From: Antedon mediterranea
Taxonomy: Eukaryota; Animalia; Echinodermata
Reading direction: 5' to 3'
Length of the DNA: 64,000 bases
Assembly (NCBI RefSeq): GCF_964355755.1
Contig: NC_092678.1
Span: 9,440,422-9,504,421 of the forward strand
Shown: positions 14,101 to 28,683 of the stretch, in pieces
Layout of the letters: each line of letters starts with the position of its first letter
How positions within the stretch are numbered: the stretch's first letter is position 1
Translations under genes and position numbers: made by a program
The notes under the pieces: model-generated
Told to the model about the DNA's origin: nothing
Databases searched by the model: none
The model's input: the letters and a program-made list of their open reading frames with translations, nothing else

Positions 14101-17100
14101 TCGATCTATCTATCTCTCTCTCGCTGATCTATATATCTCTCTCTCGCTGATCTATCTCTCTTTCGCTGATCTATCTCCCTCTCGCTGATCTATCTCTCTC
14201 GCTGATCTATCTATCTCTCTCTCGATGATCTATCTATCTCTCTCGCTGATCTATCTCTCTCTCGCTGATCTATCTCTCTCTCGCTGATCTATCTATCTCT
14301 CTCGCTGATCTATCTATCTCTCTCTCGCTGATCTATCTGTGTCTCGCTGATCTGTCTCTCTCTCTCTCGCTGATCTATCTATCTCTCTCTCGCTGATCTA
14401 TCTCTCTCTCGCTGATCTATCTATCTCTCTCACGCTGATCTATCTATCTCTCTCTCTCGCTGATCTATCTCTCTCTCGCTGATCGATCTATCTATCTCTC
14501 TCTCGCTGATCTATCTATCTCTCTCTCGCTGATCTATCTCTGTCTCGCTGATCTATCTATCTCTCTCACGCTGATCTATCTCTCTCCCGCTGATCTATCT
14601 ATTTCTCTATCGCTGATCGATCTATCTATCTCTGTCTCGCTGATCTATCTATCTCTCTCTTGCTGATCTATCTATCTCTCTCTGATCTATCTATCTCTCT
14701 CTCGCTGATCTATCTCTCTCTCGATGATCTATCTCTCTCTCGCTGATCTATCTATCTCTCTCGCTGATCTATCTATCTCTCACTGATCTATCTGTGTCTC
14801 TCTGATCTGTCTCTCCCTCGCTGATGTATCTCTCTCTCGCTGAACTATATCTCTCTCACTGATCTATCTCTCTCTCGCTGATCTATCTCTCTCTCGCTGA
14901 TCTATCTCTCTCGCTGATCTATCTATCTCTCTCCCGCTGATCTATCTATATCTCTCTCGCTGATCTATCTATCTCTCTCGGGTCTATCTCTCTCTCGCTG
15001 ATCTATCTATCTCTCTCGCTGATCTATCTCTCTCTCGCTGGTCTATCTATCTCTCTCTCGCTGATCTATCTCTCTCTCGCTGATCGATCTATCTATCTCT
15101 CTCTCTCGCTGATCTATATATCTCTCTCTCGCTGATCTATCTCTCTCTCGCTGATCTATCTCTCTCTGGCTGATCTATCTATCTCTCTCTCGATGATCTA
15201 TCTCTCTCGCTGATCTATCTATCTCTCTCTCGCTGATCTATCTCTCTCTCGCTGATCTATCTCTCTCTCTCGCTGATCTATCTCTCTCGCTGATCTATCT
15301 ATCTTTCTCTTTCGCTGATCTATCTCTTTCTCTCGCTGATCTATCTCTCTCGCTGATCTATCTCTCTCGCTGATCTATCTCTCTCTCGCTGATCTATCTC
15401 TCTCTCCTCGATCTATCTATCTCACTCTCGCTGATCTATCTATCTCTCTCTCGCTGATCTACCTATCTCTCTCTCGCTGATCTATCTCTCTCTTGCTGAT
15501 CTACCTCTCTCTCTCTATCTCACGCTGATCTATCTCTCTCTCTCTCTCTCTCTCGCTGATCTAACTCTCTCTCTCTCTCTCTCTGATCTATCTCTCTCTC
15601 TCGCTGATCTATCTCTCTCTTGATGATCTATCTCTCTCTCTCTCGCTGATCTATCTATCTCTCTCTCGCTGATCTATCTCTCTCTCGCTGATCTATCTCT
15701 CTCTCGCTGATCTATCTATCTCTCTCACGCTGATCTATCTCTCTCTCGCTGATCTATCTATCTCTGTCTCGCTGATCTATCTATCTCTCTCTCGCTTATC
15801 TATCTATCTCTCTCTCGCTGATCTCTCTCTCTCGCTGATCTAACTCTCTCTCTCTGATCTATCTCTCTCTCTGGCTGATCTTTCTCTCTCTTGCTGATCT
15901 ATCTCTCTCTCTCTCTCGCTGATCTATCTATCTCTCTCTCACTGATCTATCTCTCTCTCGCTGATCTATCTCTCGCGCGCTGATCTATCTATCTCTCTCG
16001 CTGATCTATCTCTCTCTCGCTGATCTATTTCTCTCTCGCTGATCTATCTCTCTCGCTGATCTATCTATCTCTCTCCCGCTGATCTATCTATATCTCTCTC
16101 GCTGATCTATCTATCTCTCTCGGGTCTATCTCTCTCTCGCTGATCTATCTATCTCTCTCGCTGATCTATCTCTCTCTCGCTGGTCTATCTATCTCTCTCT
16201 CGCTGATCTATCTCTCTCTCGCTGATCGATCTATCTATCTCTCTCTCGCTGATCTATATGTCTCTCTCTCGCTGATCTATCTCTCTCTCTCGCTGATCTA
16301 TCTCTCTCTGGCTGATCTATCTATCTCTCTCTCGATGATCTATCTCTCTCTCGCTGATCTATCTATCTCTCTCTCGCTGATTTATCTCTCTCTCGCTGAT
16401 CTATCTCTCTCGCTGATCTATCTATCTCTCTCTCGCTGATTTATCTCTCTCTCGCTGATCTATCTCTCTCGCTGATCTATCTATCTCTCTCTTTCGCTGA
16501 TCTATCTCTTTCTCTCGCTGATCTATCTCTCTCGCTGATCTATCTCTCTCGCTGATCTATCTCTCTCTCGCTGATCTATCTCTCTCTCCTCGATCTATCT
16601 ATCTCACTCTCGCTGATCTATCTATCTCTCTCTCGCTGATCTACCTATCTCTCTCTCGCTGATCTATCTCTCTCTCGCTGATCTACCTCTCTCTCTCTCT
16701 ATCTCTCGCTGATCTATCTCTCTCTCTCTCTCTCTCTCGCTGATCTAACTCTCTCTCTCTCTCTCTGATCTATCTCTCTCTCTCGCTGATCTATCTCTCT
16801 CTTGATGATCTATCTCTCTCTCTCTCGCTGATCTATCTATCTCTCTCTCGCTGATCTATCTCTCTCTCGCTGATCTATCTCTCTCTCGCTGATCTATCTA
16901 TCTCTCACGCTGATCTATCTCTCTCTCGCTGATCTATCTATCTCTGTCTCGCTGATCTATCTATCTCTCTCTCGCTGATCTATCTATCTCTCTCTCTCGC
17001 TGATCTCTCTCTCTCTCGCTGATCTAACTCTCTCTCTCTGATCTATCTCTCTCTCTCGCTGATCTATCTCTCTCTTGCTGATCTATCTCTCTCTCTCTCG

Positions 17101-18437
17101 CTGATCTATCTATCTCTCTCTCGCTGATCTATCTCTCTCTCGCTGATCTATCTCTCGCGCGCTGATCTATCTATCTCTCTCGCTGATCTATCTCTCTCTC
17201 GCTGATCTATCTCTCTCTCGCTGATCTATCTATCTCTCTCGCTGATCTATCTATCTCTCTCTCGCTGATCTATCTGTGTCTCGCTGATCTGTCTCTCTCT
17301 CTCGCTGATCTATCTATCTCTCTCTCGCTGATCTATCTCTCTCTCGCTGATCTATCTATCTCTCCCACGCTGATCTATCTATCTCTCTCTCTCGCTGATC
17401 TATCTCTCTCTCGCTGATCGATCTATCTATCTCTCTCTCGCTGATCTATCTATCTCTCTCTCGCTGATCTATCTCTGTCTCGCTGATCTATCTATCTCTC
17501 TCACGCTGATCTATCTCTCTCCCGCTGATCTATCTATCTCTCTCTCGCTGATCGATCTATCTCTGTCTCGCTGATCTATCTATCTCTCTCTTGCTGATCT
17601 ATCTATCTCTCTCTGATCTATCTATCTCTCTCTCGCTGATCTATCTCTCTCTCGATGATCTATCTCTCTCTCGCTGATCTATCTATCTCTCTCGCTGATC
17701 TATCTATCTCTCACTGATCTATCTGTGTCTCTCTGATCTGTCTCTCCCTCGTTGATGTATCTCTCTCTCGCTGAACTATATCTCTCTCACTGATCTATCT
17801 CTCTCTCGCTGATCTATCTCTCTCTCGCTGATCTATCTCTCTCTCGCTGATCTATCTCTCTCGCTGATCTATCTATCTCTCTCTCTCTCGCTGATCTATC
17901 TCTCTCTCGCTGATCGATCTATCTATCTCTCTCTCTCTCTCGCTGATCTATCTCTCTCTCTCGCTGATCTATCTATCTCTCTCACGCTGATCTATCTCTC
18001 TCCCGCTGATCTATCTATCTCTCTCTCGCTGATCTATCTATCTCTCTCGCCGATCTATCTCTCTCTCGCTGATCTATCTATCTCTCTCGCTGATCTATCT
18101 CTCTCTCGCTGATCTATCTATCTCTCTCTCGCTGATCTATCTCTCTCTCGCTGATCTATATCTCTCTCGCTGATCGATCTATCTATCTCTCTCTCTCGCT
18201 GATCTATATATCTCTCTCTCGCTGATCTATCTCTCTCGCTGATCTATCTCTCTCTCGCTGATCTATCTATCTCTCTCTCGATGATCTATCTCTCTCTTGA
18301 TGATCTATCTATCTCTCTCTCGCTGATCTATCTCTCTCTCGCTGATCTATCTCTCTCTCGCTGATCTACCTATCTCTCTCTCGCTGATCTATCTCTCTCT
18401 CGCTGATCTACCTCTCTCTCTCTCTATCTCTCGCTGA

Positions 18438-18474
<37 letters not shown>

Positions 18475-21400
18475 TCTAACTCTCTCTCTCTCTCTGATCT
18501 ATCTCTCTCTCTCGCTGATCTATCTCTCTCTTGATGATCTATCTCTCTCTCTCTCGCTGATCTATCTATCTCTCTCTCGCTGATCTATCTCTCTCTCGCT
18601 GATCTATCTCTCTCTCGCTGATCTATCTATCTCTCACGCTGATCTATCTCTCTCTCGCTGATCTATCTATCTCTGTCTCGCTGATCTATCTATTTCTCTC
18701 TCGCTGATCTATCTATCTCTCTCTCTCGCTGATCTCTCTCTCTCTCGCTGATCTAACTCTCTCTCTCTGATCTATCTCTCTCTCTCGCTGATCTATCTCT
18801 CTCTTGCTGATCTATCTCTCTCTCTCTCTCTCGCTGATCTATCTATCTCTCTCTCGCTGATCTATCTCTCTCTCGCTGATCTATCTCTCGCGCGCTGATC
18901 TATCTATCTCTCTCGCTGATCTATCTCTCTCTCGCTGATCTATCTCTCTCTCGCTGATCTATCTATCTCTCTCGCTGATCTATCTATCTCTCTCTCGCTG
19001 ATCTATCTGTGTCTCGCTGATCTGTCTCTCTCTCTCGCTGATCTATCTATCTCTCTCTCGCTGATCTATCTCTCTCTCGCTGATCTATCTATCTCTCCCA
19101 CGCTGATCTATCTATCTCTCTCTCTCGCTGATCTATCTCTCTCTCGCTGATCGATCTATCTATCTCTCTCTCGCTGATCTATCTATCTCTCTCTCGCTGA
19201 TCTATCTCTGTCTCGCTGATCTATCTATCTCTCTCACGCTGATCTATCTCTCTCCCGCTGATCTATCTATCTCTCTCTCGCTGATCGATCTATCTCTGTC
19301 TCGCTGATCTATCTATCTCTCTCTTGCTGATCTATCTATCTCTCTCTGATCTATCTATCTCTCTCTCGCTGATATATCTCTCTCTCGATGATCTATCTCT
19401 CTCTCGCTGATCTATCTATCTCTCTCGCTGATCTATCTATCTCTCACTGATCTATCTGTGTCTCTCTGATCTGTCTCTCCCTCGTTGATGTATCTCTCTC
19501 TCGCTGAACTATATCTCTCTCACTGATCTATCTCTCTCTCGCTGATCTATCTCTCTCTCGCTGATCTATCTCTCTCTCGCTGATCTATCTCTCTCGCTGA
19601 TCTATCTATCTCTCTGTCTCTCTCGCTGATCTATCTCTCTCTCGCTTATCGATCTATCTATCTCTCTCTCTCTCTCGCTGATCTATCTCTCTCTCTCGCT
19701 GATCTATCTATCTCTCTCACGCTGATCTATCTCTCTCCCGCTGATCTATCTATCTCTCTCTCGCTGATCTATCTATCTCTCTCGCCGATCTATCTCTCTC
19801 TCGCTGATCTATCTATCTCTCTCGCTGATCTATCTCTCTCTCGCTGATCTATCTATCTCTCTCTCGCTGATCTATCTCTCTCTCGCTGATCTATATCTCT
19901 CTCGCTGATCGATATATCTATCTCTCTCTCTCGCTGATCTATATATCTCTCTCTCGCTGATCTATCTCTCTCGCTGATCTATCTCTCTCTCGCTGATCTA
20001 TCTATCTCTCTCTCGATGATCTATCTCTCTCTTGATGATCTATCTATCTCTCTCTCGCTGATCTATCTCTCTCTCGCTGATCTATCTCTCTCTCGCTGAT
20101 CTATCTATCTCTCTCACGCTGATCTATCTCTCTCTCGCTGATCTATCTATCTCTGTCTCGCTGATCTATCTATCTCTCTCTCGCTGATCTATCTATCTCT
20201 CTCTCGCTGATCTCTCTCTCTCTCGCTGATCTATCTCTCTCTCTCTAGCTGATCTATCTCTCTCTCGCTGATCTATCTCTCTTTCTTTCGCTGATCTATC
20301 TCTCTCTCGCTGATCTATCTCTCTCTCTCTCGCTGATCTATCTCTCTCTCGCTGATCTATCTCTCTCTCGCTGATCTAACTCTCTCTCTCTGATCTATCT
20401 CTCTCTCGCTGATCTATCTCTCTCTCTCGCTGATCTAACTATCTCTCTCTCTGATCTATCTCTCTCTCTCTCGCTGATCTATCTCTCTCTCGCTGATCTA
20501 TCTCTCTCTCGCTGATCTATCTCTCTCTCGCTGATCTATCTCTCTTGCGCTGATCTATCTATCTTTCTCTCGCTGATCTATCTCTCTCTCACTGATCTAT
20601 CTCTCTCTCGCTGATCTATCTCTCTCTCTCTTTCGCTGATCTATCTGTGTCTCGCTGATCTGTCTCTCTCTCGCTGATGTATCTCTCTCTTGCTGATCTA
20701 TATCTCTCTCACTGATCTATCTCTCTCTCTCGCTGATCTATCTCTCTCTCTCGCTGATCTATCTCTCTCTCGCTGATCTATCTCTCTCGCTGATCTATCT
20801 ATCTCTCTCTCTCTCGCTGATCTATCTCTCTCTCGCTGATCGATCTATCTATCTCTCTCTCGCTGATCTATCTCTCTCTCGCTGATCTTTCTATCTCTCT
20901 CACGCTGATCTATCTCTCTCCCGCTGATCTATCTATCTCTCTCTCGCTGATCTATCTATCTCTCTCGCCGATCTATCTCTCTCTCGCTGATCTATCTATC
21001 TCTCTCGCTGATCTATCTCTCTCTCGCTGGTCTATCTATCTCTCTCTCGCTGATCTATCTCTCTCTCGCTGATCGATCTATCTATCTCTCTCTCTCGCTG
21101 ATCTATATATCTCTCTCTCGCTGATCTATCTCTCTCTCGCTGATCTATCTCTCTCTGGCTGATCTATCTATCTCTCTCTCGATGATCTATCTCTCTCGCT
21201 GATCTATCTATCTCTCTCTCGCTGATCTATCTCTCTCTCGCTGATCTATCTCTCTCTCTCGCTGATCTATCTCTCTCGCTGATCTATCTATCTCTCTCTT
21301 TCGCTGATCTATCTCTTTCTCTCGCTGATCTATCTCTCTCGCTGATCTATCTCTCTCGCTGATCTATCTCTCTCTCGCTGATCTATCTCTCTCTCCTCGA

Positions 21401-21820
21401 TCTATCTATCTCTCTCTCGCAGATCTATCTCTCTCTCTCGCTGATCTATCTATCTCTCTCTCGCTGATCCATCTATATTTCTCTCGCTGATCTATCTCTC
21501 TCTCGCTGATCTATCTATCTCTCTCGCTGATCTATCTATCTCTCTCTCGCTGATCTATCTATCTCTCTCTCGCTGATTTATCTCTCTCTCGCTGATCTAT
21601 CTATCTCTCTCTCACTGATCTATCTCTCTCTCTCGCTGATCTATCTATCTCGCTGATCTATCTCTCTCTTGCTGATCTATCTCTCACTCTCTCGCTGATC
21701 TATCTCTTTCTCGCTGATCTATCTCTCTCTCGCTGATCTATCTCTCTCTCGCTGATCTATATCTCTCTCGCTGATCTATATCTCTCTCGCTGATCTATCT
21801 CTCTCTCGCTGATCTATCTC

Positions 21821-23887
21821 TAATTTTTGAATTTAAAAAAGTGGAAATTTTAGTCATTTTTGGAAAAAATTCCTATGGTCCCCCCAAGGGAAATTTTCGC
21901 AAAAATGGCCAAATTTTAACCCTTTTATTTTTTGACATAACTAGTTACTATGGCTCAATAAGATGATGTTAGCACAATATATTTGTAAAAAGGGCAATAT
22001 TATAGCATAATTATTGAATTTTAAAAAGTGGTGTCTCTATAAGATGATGTTAACACAATATATTTGCATAAATGCCAATATTATAGCATAATTATTGAAT
22101 ATTAAAAAGTGGAGATTTTGGCAATTTTTCGAAAAAATTCCTATGGTCTCCATTAGGGAAATTTTCAAAAATGTCCAAATTTTGGTCCTTTTATTTTTTG
22201 AATAACTAGTTACTATGGCTCTATAAGATGATGTTAACACAATATATGTGCATAAATGGCAATATTATATTCTAATTATTGAATTTAAAAAATTTGAAAT
22301 TTTGGCCATTTTTCGAAAAATGTCTATAGTCCCCCGCAGGGAAACTTTCGCAAAAATTGCCAAATTTCAAACGTTTTATTTGTTGACATAACTAGTTACT
22401 ATGGCTCTATAAGATGATGTTAGCTCAATATATTTGCATAAATGGCAATATTATAGCATAATTTTTTAATTTTAAACAATGGAAATTTTGACGATTTTTC
22501 GAGAAAAAAAATCCTATGGTCCCCCGCAGGGAAATTGTTCGAAAAATGGCCAAATTTTGACCTTTTATTTCTTGAAATAACTAGTTAGTATGGCTCTATA
22601 AGATGATGTTAACACAATATATGCCCATAAATGGCAATATTATAGCCTAATTATAGAATTTTGAAAATTGGAAATTTTTGCCATTTTTCGAAAAAATTCC
22701 TATGGTCCCCCGCAGGGATATTTTCGCAAAAAAATTGCCAAACTTCAAACCTTTTATTAGTCGCGTGGACGCGACTCTACCGTTCACTATGTCGGTCGGT
22801 CTGTCGGTCTGTCTGTCGGTCCGGTATCACTTTGCGTTTTATCGCTTTTCTGTACTTTTTGAACTGTTTTGATGTACAGAAAAGTTTTCAAGTACATTAC
22901 TTTTTGAAAGTTCATTTCTTTCTTAGAGCACGCAACTTATTGTTGTTGGCCTTGTTTTTTGACATAACTAGTTACTATGGCTCTATAAGTTGATGTTTAC
23001 ACAACATATGTGCATAAATGGCAATATTATAGTCTAATTATTGAATTTTAAAAGGTGGAAATTTTGGTCATTTTGCGAAAAAATTTCTGTGGTCCCCCGC
23101 AGTGAAATTTTCGAAAAATAGCAAAATTTCGACCCTTTTATTTTTTGACGTAACTAGTTACTCTGGCTGTATAAGATGATGTCAGCACAATATATTTGCA
23201 TAAATGGCAATATTATAGCATAATTTTCGAATTTTAAAAAGTGGAAATTTTGGCCATTTTTCGAAAAAATTCATATAGTCCCCCGTAGGGAAATTTTCGA
23301 AAAATGGCCTATTTATTGAATTTTAAACGGTGGACATTTTGGTTAATGTTAGCAAAAAATATCTGTATAAATGGCAACATTATAGCATACTTTTCGAATT
23401 CTGAAAAGTGGAAATTTTTGCCCATTTTCGAAAAAAATTCCTATGGTCCCCCACAGGAAAATATTCGAAAAATTTCCAAATTTTCACCCTTTTATTTTTT
23501 GACATAACTAGTTACTATGGCTCTATAAGATGATGTTAGCACAATATATTTGCATAAATGGCAATATTATAGCATAATTATTGAATTTTAAAAAGTGGGA
23601 ATATTTGCCATTTTTGGAAAAAATTCTTATGGTCCCCCGTAGAAAAATTTTTCTAAAAATGGCCAAATTTCGACCTTTTTATTTTTTGACATAACTAGTC
23701 ACTATGGCTCTATAAGATGATGTTAGAAAAATATATGTGTATAAATGGCAATATTATAGCATAATTATTTAATTTTAAAAAGTGGAAAATGTTGCCATTT
23801 TTCGGAAAAAGTCCTATGGTCCCCACAAGAAAATTTTCGAAAAATGGCCAAATTTCAACCCTTTTATTTTTCGACATAACTAGTTAC
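21821..23887. repeat. Island 2 of the ~186-bp satellite; near-identical to island 1 but lacking the 1,214-bp duplication
   Basis: Same left junction (ATCTCTAATTTTTGAA), same right junction (TAACTAGTTACCTCTC) and same monomer order as island 1. Only a few substitutions differ. Confidence 0.97.
22757..22955 (+). mobile_element. HINE/DINE-1-like element, copy 3 (in island 2)
   Basis: Same insertion site as copy 1; GTCGGTCGGT replaces GTCGGTCAGT. Confidence 0.75.
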
Positions 23888-26800
23888 CTCTCTCTCGCTG
23901 ATCTATATCTCTCTCGCTGATCTATCTATCTCTCTCACGCTGATCTATCTCTCTCTCGCTGATCTATCAATCTCTGTCTCGCTGATCTATCTATCTCTCT
24001 CTCTCTCGCTGATCTATCTATCTCTCTCTCGCTGATCTCTCTCTTTCTCTCGCTGATCTAACTCTCTCTCTCTTTCTGATCTATCTCTCTCTCTCGCTGA
24101 TCTATCTCTCTCTTGCTGATCTATCTCTCTCTCTCTCTTGCTGATCTATCTATCTCTCTCTCGCTGATCTATCTCTCTCTCGCTGATCTATCTCTCTCTC
24201 GCTGATCTATCTCTCTCGCGCTGATCTGTCTATCTCTCTCGCTGATCTATCTCTCTCTCTCGCTGATCTATCTCTCTCTCGCTGATCTATCTATCTCTCT
24301 CGCTGATCTATCTATCTCTCTCTCGCTGATCTATCTGTGTCTCGCTGATCTGTCTCTCTCTCTCTCGCTGATCTATCTATCTTTCTCTCGCTGATCTATC
24401 TCTCTCTCGCTGATCTATCTATCTCTCTCACGCTGATCTATCTATCTCTCTCTCGCTGATCTATCTCTCTCTCGCTGATCTACCTATCTCTCTCTCGCGG
24501 ATCTATCTCTCTCTCGCTGATCTATCTCTCTCTCTCTAGCTGATCTATCTCTCTCTCGCTGATCTATCTCTCTTTCTTTCGCTGATCTATCTCTCTCTCG
24601 CTGATCTATCTCTCTCTCTCGCTGATCTATCTCTCTCTCGCTGATCTATCTCTCTCTCGCTGATCTAACTCTCTCTCTCTGATCTATCTCTCTCTCGCTG
24701 ATCTATCTCTCTCTCGCTGATCTAACTATCTCTCTCTCTGATCTATCTCTCTCTCTCTCGCTGATCTATCTCTCTTGCTGATCTATCTCTCTCTCTCTCT
24801 CGCTGATCTATCTCTCTCTCCCTAATCTATCTCTCTCTCTCGCTGATCTATCTCTCTCTCGCTGATCTATCTCTCTCTCGCTGATCTATCTCTCTCTCGC
24901 TGATCTATCTCTCTTGCGCTGATCTATCTATCTTTCTCTCGCTGATCTATCTCTCTCTCACTGATCTATCTCTCTCTCGCTGATCTATCTCTCTCTCTTT
25001 CGCTGATCTATCTGTGTCTCGCTGATCTGTCTCTCTCTCGCTGATGTATCTCTCTCTCGCTGATCTATATCTCTCTCACTGATCTATCTCTCTCTCTCGC
25101 TGATCTATCTCTCTCTCTCGCTGATCTATCTCTCTCTCGCTGATCTAACTCTCTCTCTCTGATCTATCTCTCTCTCTCGCTGATCTATATCTCTCTTGAT
25201 GATCTATCTCTCTCTCTCTCTCGCTGATCTATCTATCTCTCTCTCGCTGATCTATCTCTCTCTCGCTGATCTATCTCTCTCTCGCTGATCTATCTATCTC
25301 TCTCACGCTGATCTATCTCTCTCTCGCTGATCTATCTATCTCTGTCTCGCTGATCTATCTATCTCTCTCTCGCTTATCTATCTATCTCTCTCTCGCTGAT
25401 CTCTCTCTCTCTCGCTGATCTAACTCTCTCTCTGATCTATCTCTCTCTCTCGCTGATCTATCTCTCTCTTGCTGATCTATCTCTCTCTCTCTCTCTCGCT
25501 GATCTATCTATCTCTCTCTCGCTGATCTATCTCTCTCTCGCTGATCTATCTCTCGCGCGCTGATCTATCTATCTCTCTCGCTGATCTATCTATCTCTCGC
25601 TGATCTATCTCTCTCTCGCTGATCTATCTATCTCTCTCGCTGATCTATCTATCTCTCTCTCGCTGATCTATCTGTGTCTCGCTGATCTGTCTCTCTCTCT
25701 CTCGCTGATCTATCTATCTCTCTCTCGCTGATCTATCTCTCTCTCGCTGATCTATCTATCTCTCTTACGCTGATCTATCTATCTCTCTCTCTCGCTGATC
25801 TATCTCTCTCTCGCTGATCGATCTATCTATCTCTCTCTCGCTGATCTATCTATCTCTCTCTCGCTGATCTATCTCTGTCTCGCTGATCTATCTATCTCTC
25901 TCATGCTGATCTATCTCTCTCCCGCTGATCTATCTATCTCTCTCTCGCTGATCGATCTATCTATCTCTGTCTCGCTGATCTATCTATCTCTTTCTTGCTG
26001 ATCTATCTATCTCTCTCTGATCTATCTATCTCTCTCTCGCTGACCTATCTCTCTCTCGATGATCTATCTCTCTCTCGCTGATCTATCTATCTCTCTCGCT
26101 GATCTATCTATCTCTCACTGATCTATCTGTGTCTCTCTGATCTGTCTCTCCCTCGCTGATGTATCTCTCTCTCGCTGAACTATATCTCTCTCACTGATCT
26201 ATCTCTCTCTCGCTGATCTATCTCTCTCTCGCTGATCTATCTCTCTCTCGCTGATCTATCTCTCTCGCTGATCTATCTATCTCTCTCCCGCTGATCTATC
26301 TATATCTCTCTCGCTGATCTATCTATCTCTCTCGGATCTATCTCTCTCTCGCTGATCTATCTATCTCTCTCGCTGATCTATCTCTCTCTCGCTGGTCTAT
26401 CTATCTCTCTCTCGCTGATCTATCTCTCTCTCGCTGATCGATCTATCTATCTCTCTCTCGCTGATCTATATATCTCTCTCTCGCTGATCTATCTCTCTCT
26501 CGCTGATCTATCTCTCTCTGGCTGATCTATCTATCTCTCTCTCGATGATCTATCTCTCTCGCTGATCTATCTATCTCTCTCTCGCTGATCTATCTCTCTC
26601 TCGCTGATCTATCTCTCTCTCTCTCACTGATCTATCTCTCTCTCGCTGATCTATCTCTCTCTCGCTGATCTAACTCTCTCTCTCTGATCTATCTCTCTCT
26701 CGCTGATCTATCTCTCTCTCGCTGATCTAACTATCTCTCTCTCTGATCTATCTCTCTCTCTCTCGCTGATCTATCTCTCTCTCGCTGATCTATCTCTCTC

Positions 26801-28646
26801 TCGCTGATCTATCTCTCTCTCGCTGATCTATCTCTCTTGCGCTGATCTATCTATCTTTCTCTCGCTGATCTATCTCTCTCTCACTGATCTATCTCTCTCT
26901 CGCTGATCTATCTCTCTCTCTTTCGCTGATCTATCTGTGTCTCGCTGATCTGTCTCTCTCTCGCTGATGTATCTCTCTCTCGCTGATCTATATCTCTCTC
27001 ACTGATCTATCTTTCTCTCTCGCTGATCTATCTCTCTCTCTCGCTGATCTATCTCTCTCTCGCTGATCTATCTCTCTCGCTGATCTATCTATCTCTCTCT
27101 CTCTCGCTGATCTATCTCTCTCTCGCTGATCGATCTATCTATCTCTCTCTCGCTGATCTATCTCTCTCTCGCTGATCTTTCTATCTCTCTCACGCTGATC
27201 TATCTCTCTCCCGCTGATCTATCTATCTCTCTCTCGCTGATCTATCTATCTCTCTCGCCGATCTATCTCTCTCTCGCTGATCTATCTATCTCTCTCGCTG
27301 ATCTATCTCTCTATCGGTGGTCTATCTATCTCTCTCTCGCTGATCTATCTCTCTCTCGCTGATCGATCTATCTATCTCTCTCTCTCGCTGATCTATATAT
27401 CTCTCTCTCGCTGATCTATCTCTCTCTCGCTGATCTATCTCTCTCTGGCTGATCTATCTATCTCTCTCTCGATGATCTATCTCTCTCGCTGATCTATCTA
27501 ACTCTCTCTCGCTGATCTATCTCTCTCTCGCTGATCTATCTCTCTCTCTCACTGATCTATCTCTCTCGCTGATCTATCTATCTCTCTCTTTCGCTGATCT
27601 ATCTCTTTCTCTCGCTGATCTATCTCTCTCGCTGATCTATCTCTCTCGCTGATCTATCTCTCTCTCGCTGATCTATCTCTCTCTCCTCGATCTATCTATC
27701 TCACTCTCGCTGATCTATCTATCTCTCTCTCGCTGATCTACCTATCTTTCTCTCGCTGATCTATCTCTCTCTCGCTGATCTACCTCTCTCTCTCTATCTC
27801 TCGCTGATCTATCTCTCTCTCTCTCTCTCTCTCGCTGATCTAACTCTCTCTCTCTCTGATCTATCTCTCTCTCTCGCTGATCTATCTCTCTCTTGATGAT
27901 CTATCTCTCTCTCTCTCGCTGATCTATCTATCTCTCTCTCGCTGATCTATCTCTCTCTCGCTGATCTATCTATCTCCCTCACGCTGATCTATCTCTCTCT
28001 CGCCGATCTATCTATATCTGTCTCGCTGATCTATCTATCTCTCTCTCGCTTATCTATCTATCTCTCTCTCGCTGATCTCTCTCTCTCTCGCTGATCTAAC
28101 TCTCTCTCTCTGATCTATCTCTCTCTCTCGCTGATCTTTCTCTCTCTTGCTGATCTATCTCTCTCTCTCTCTCGCTGATCTATCTATCTCTCTCTCACTG
28201 ATCTATCTCTCTCTCGCTGATCTATCTCTCGCGCGCTGATCTATCTATCTCTCTCGCTGATCTATCTCTCTCTCGCTGATCTATCTCTCTCTCGCTGATC
28301 TATCTATCTCTCTCGCTGATCTATCTATCTCTCTCTCGCTGATCTATCTGTGTCTCGCTGATCTGTCTCTCTCTCTCTCGCTGATCTATCTATCTCTCTC
28401 TCGCTGATCTATCTCTCTCTCGCTGATCTATCTATCTCTCTCACACTGATCTATCTATCTCTCGCTGATCTATCTCTCTCGCTGATCTATCTATCTCTCT
28501 CTTTCGCTGATCTATCTCTCTCTCCTCGATCTATCTATCTCACTCTCGCTGATCTATCTATCTCTCTCTCTCGCTGATCTACCTATCTCTCTCTCGCTGA
28601 TCTATCTCTCTCTCGCTGATCTACCTCTCTCTCTATCTCTCGCTGG

Positions 28647-28683
<37 letters not shown>

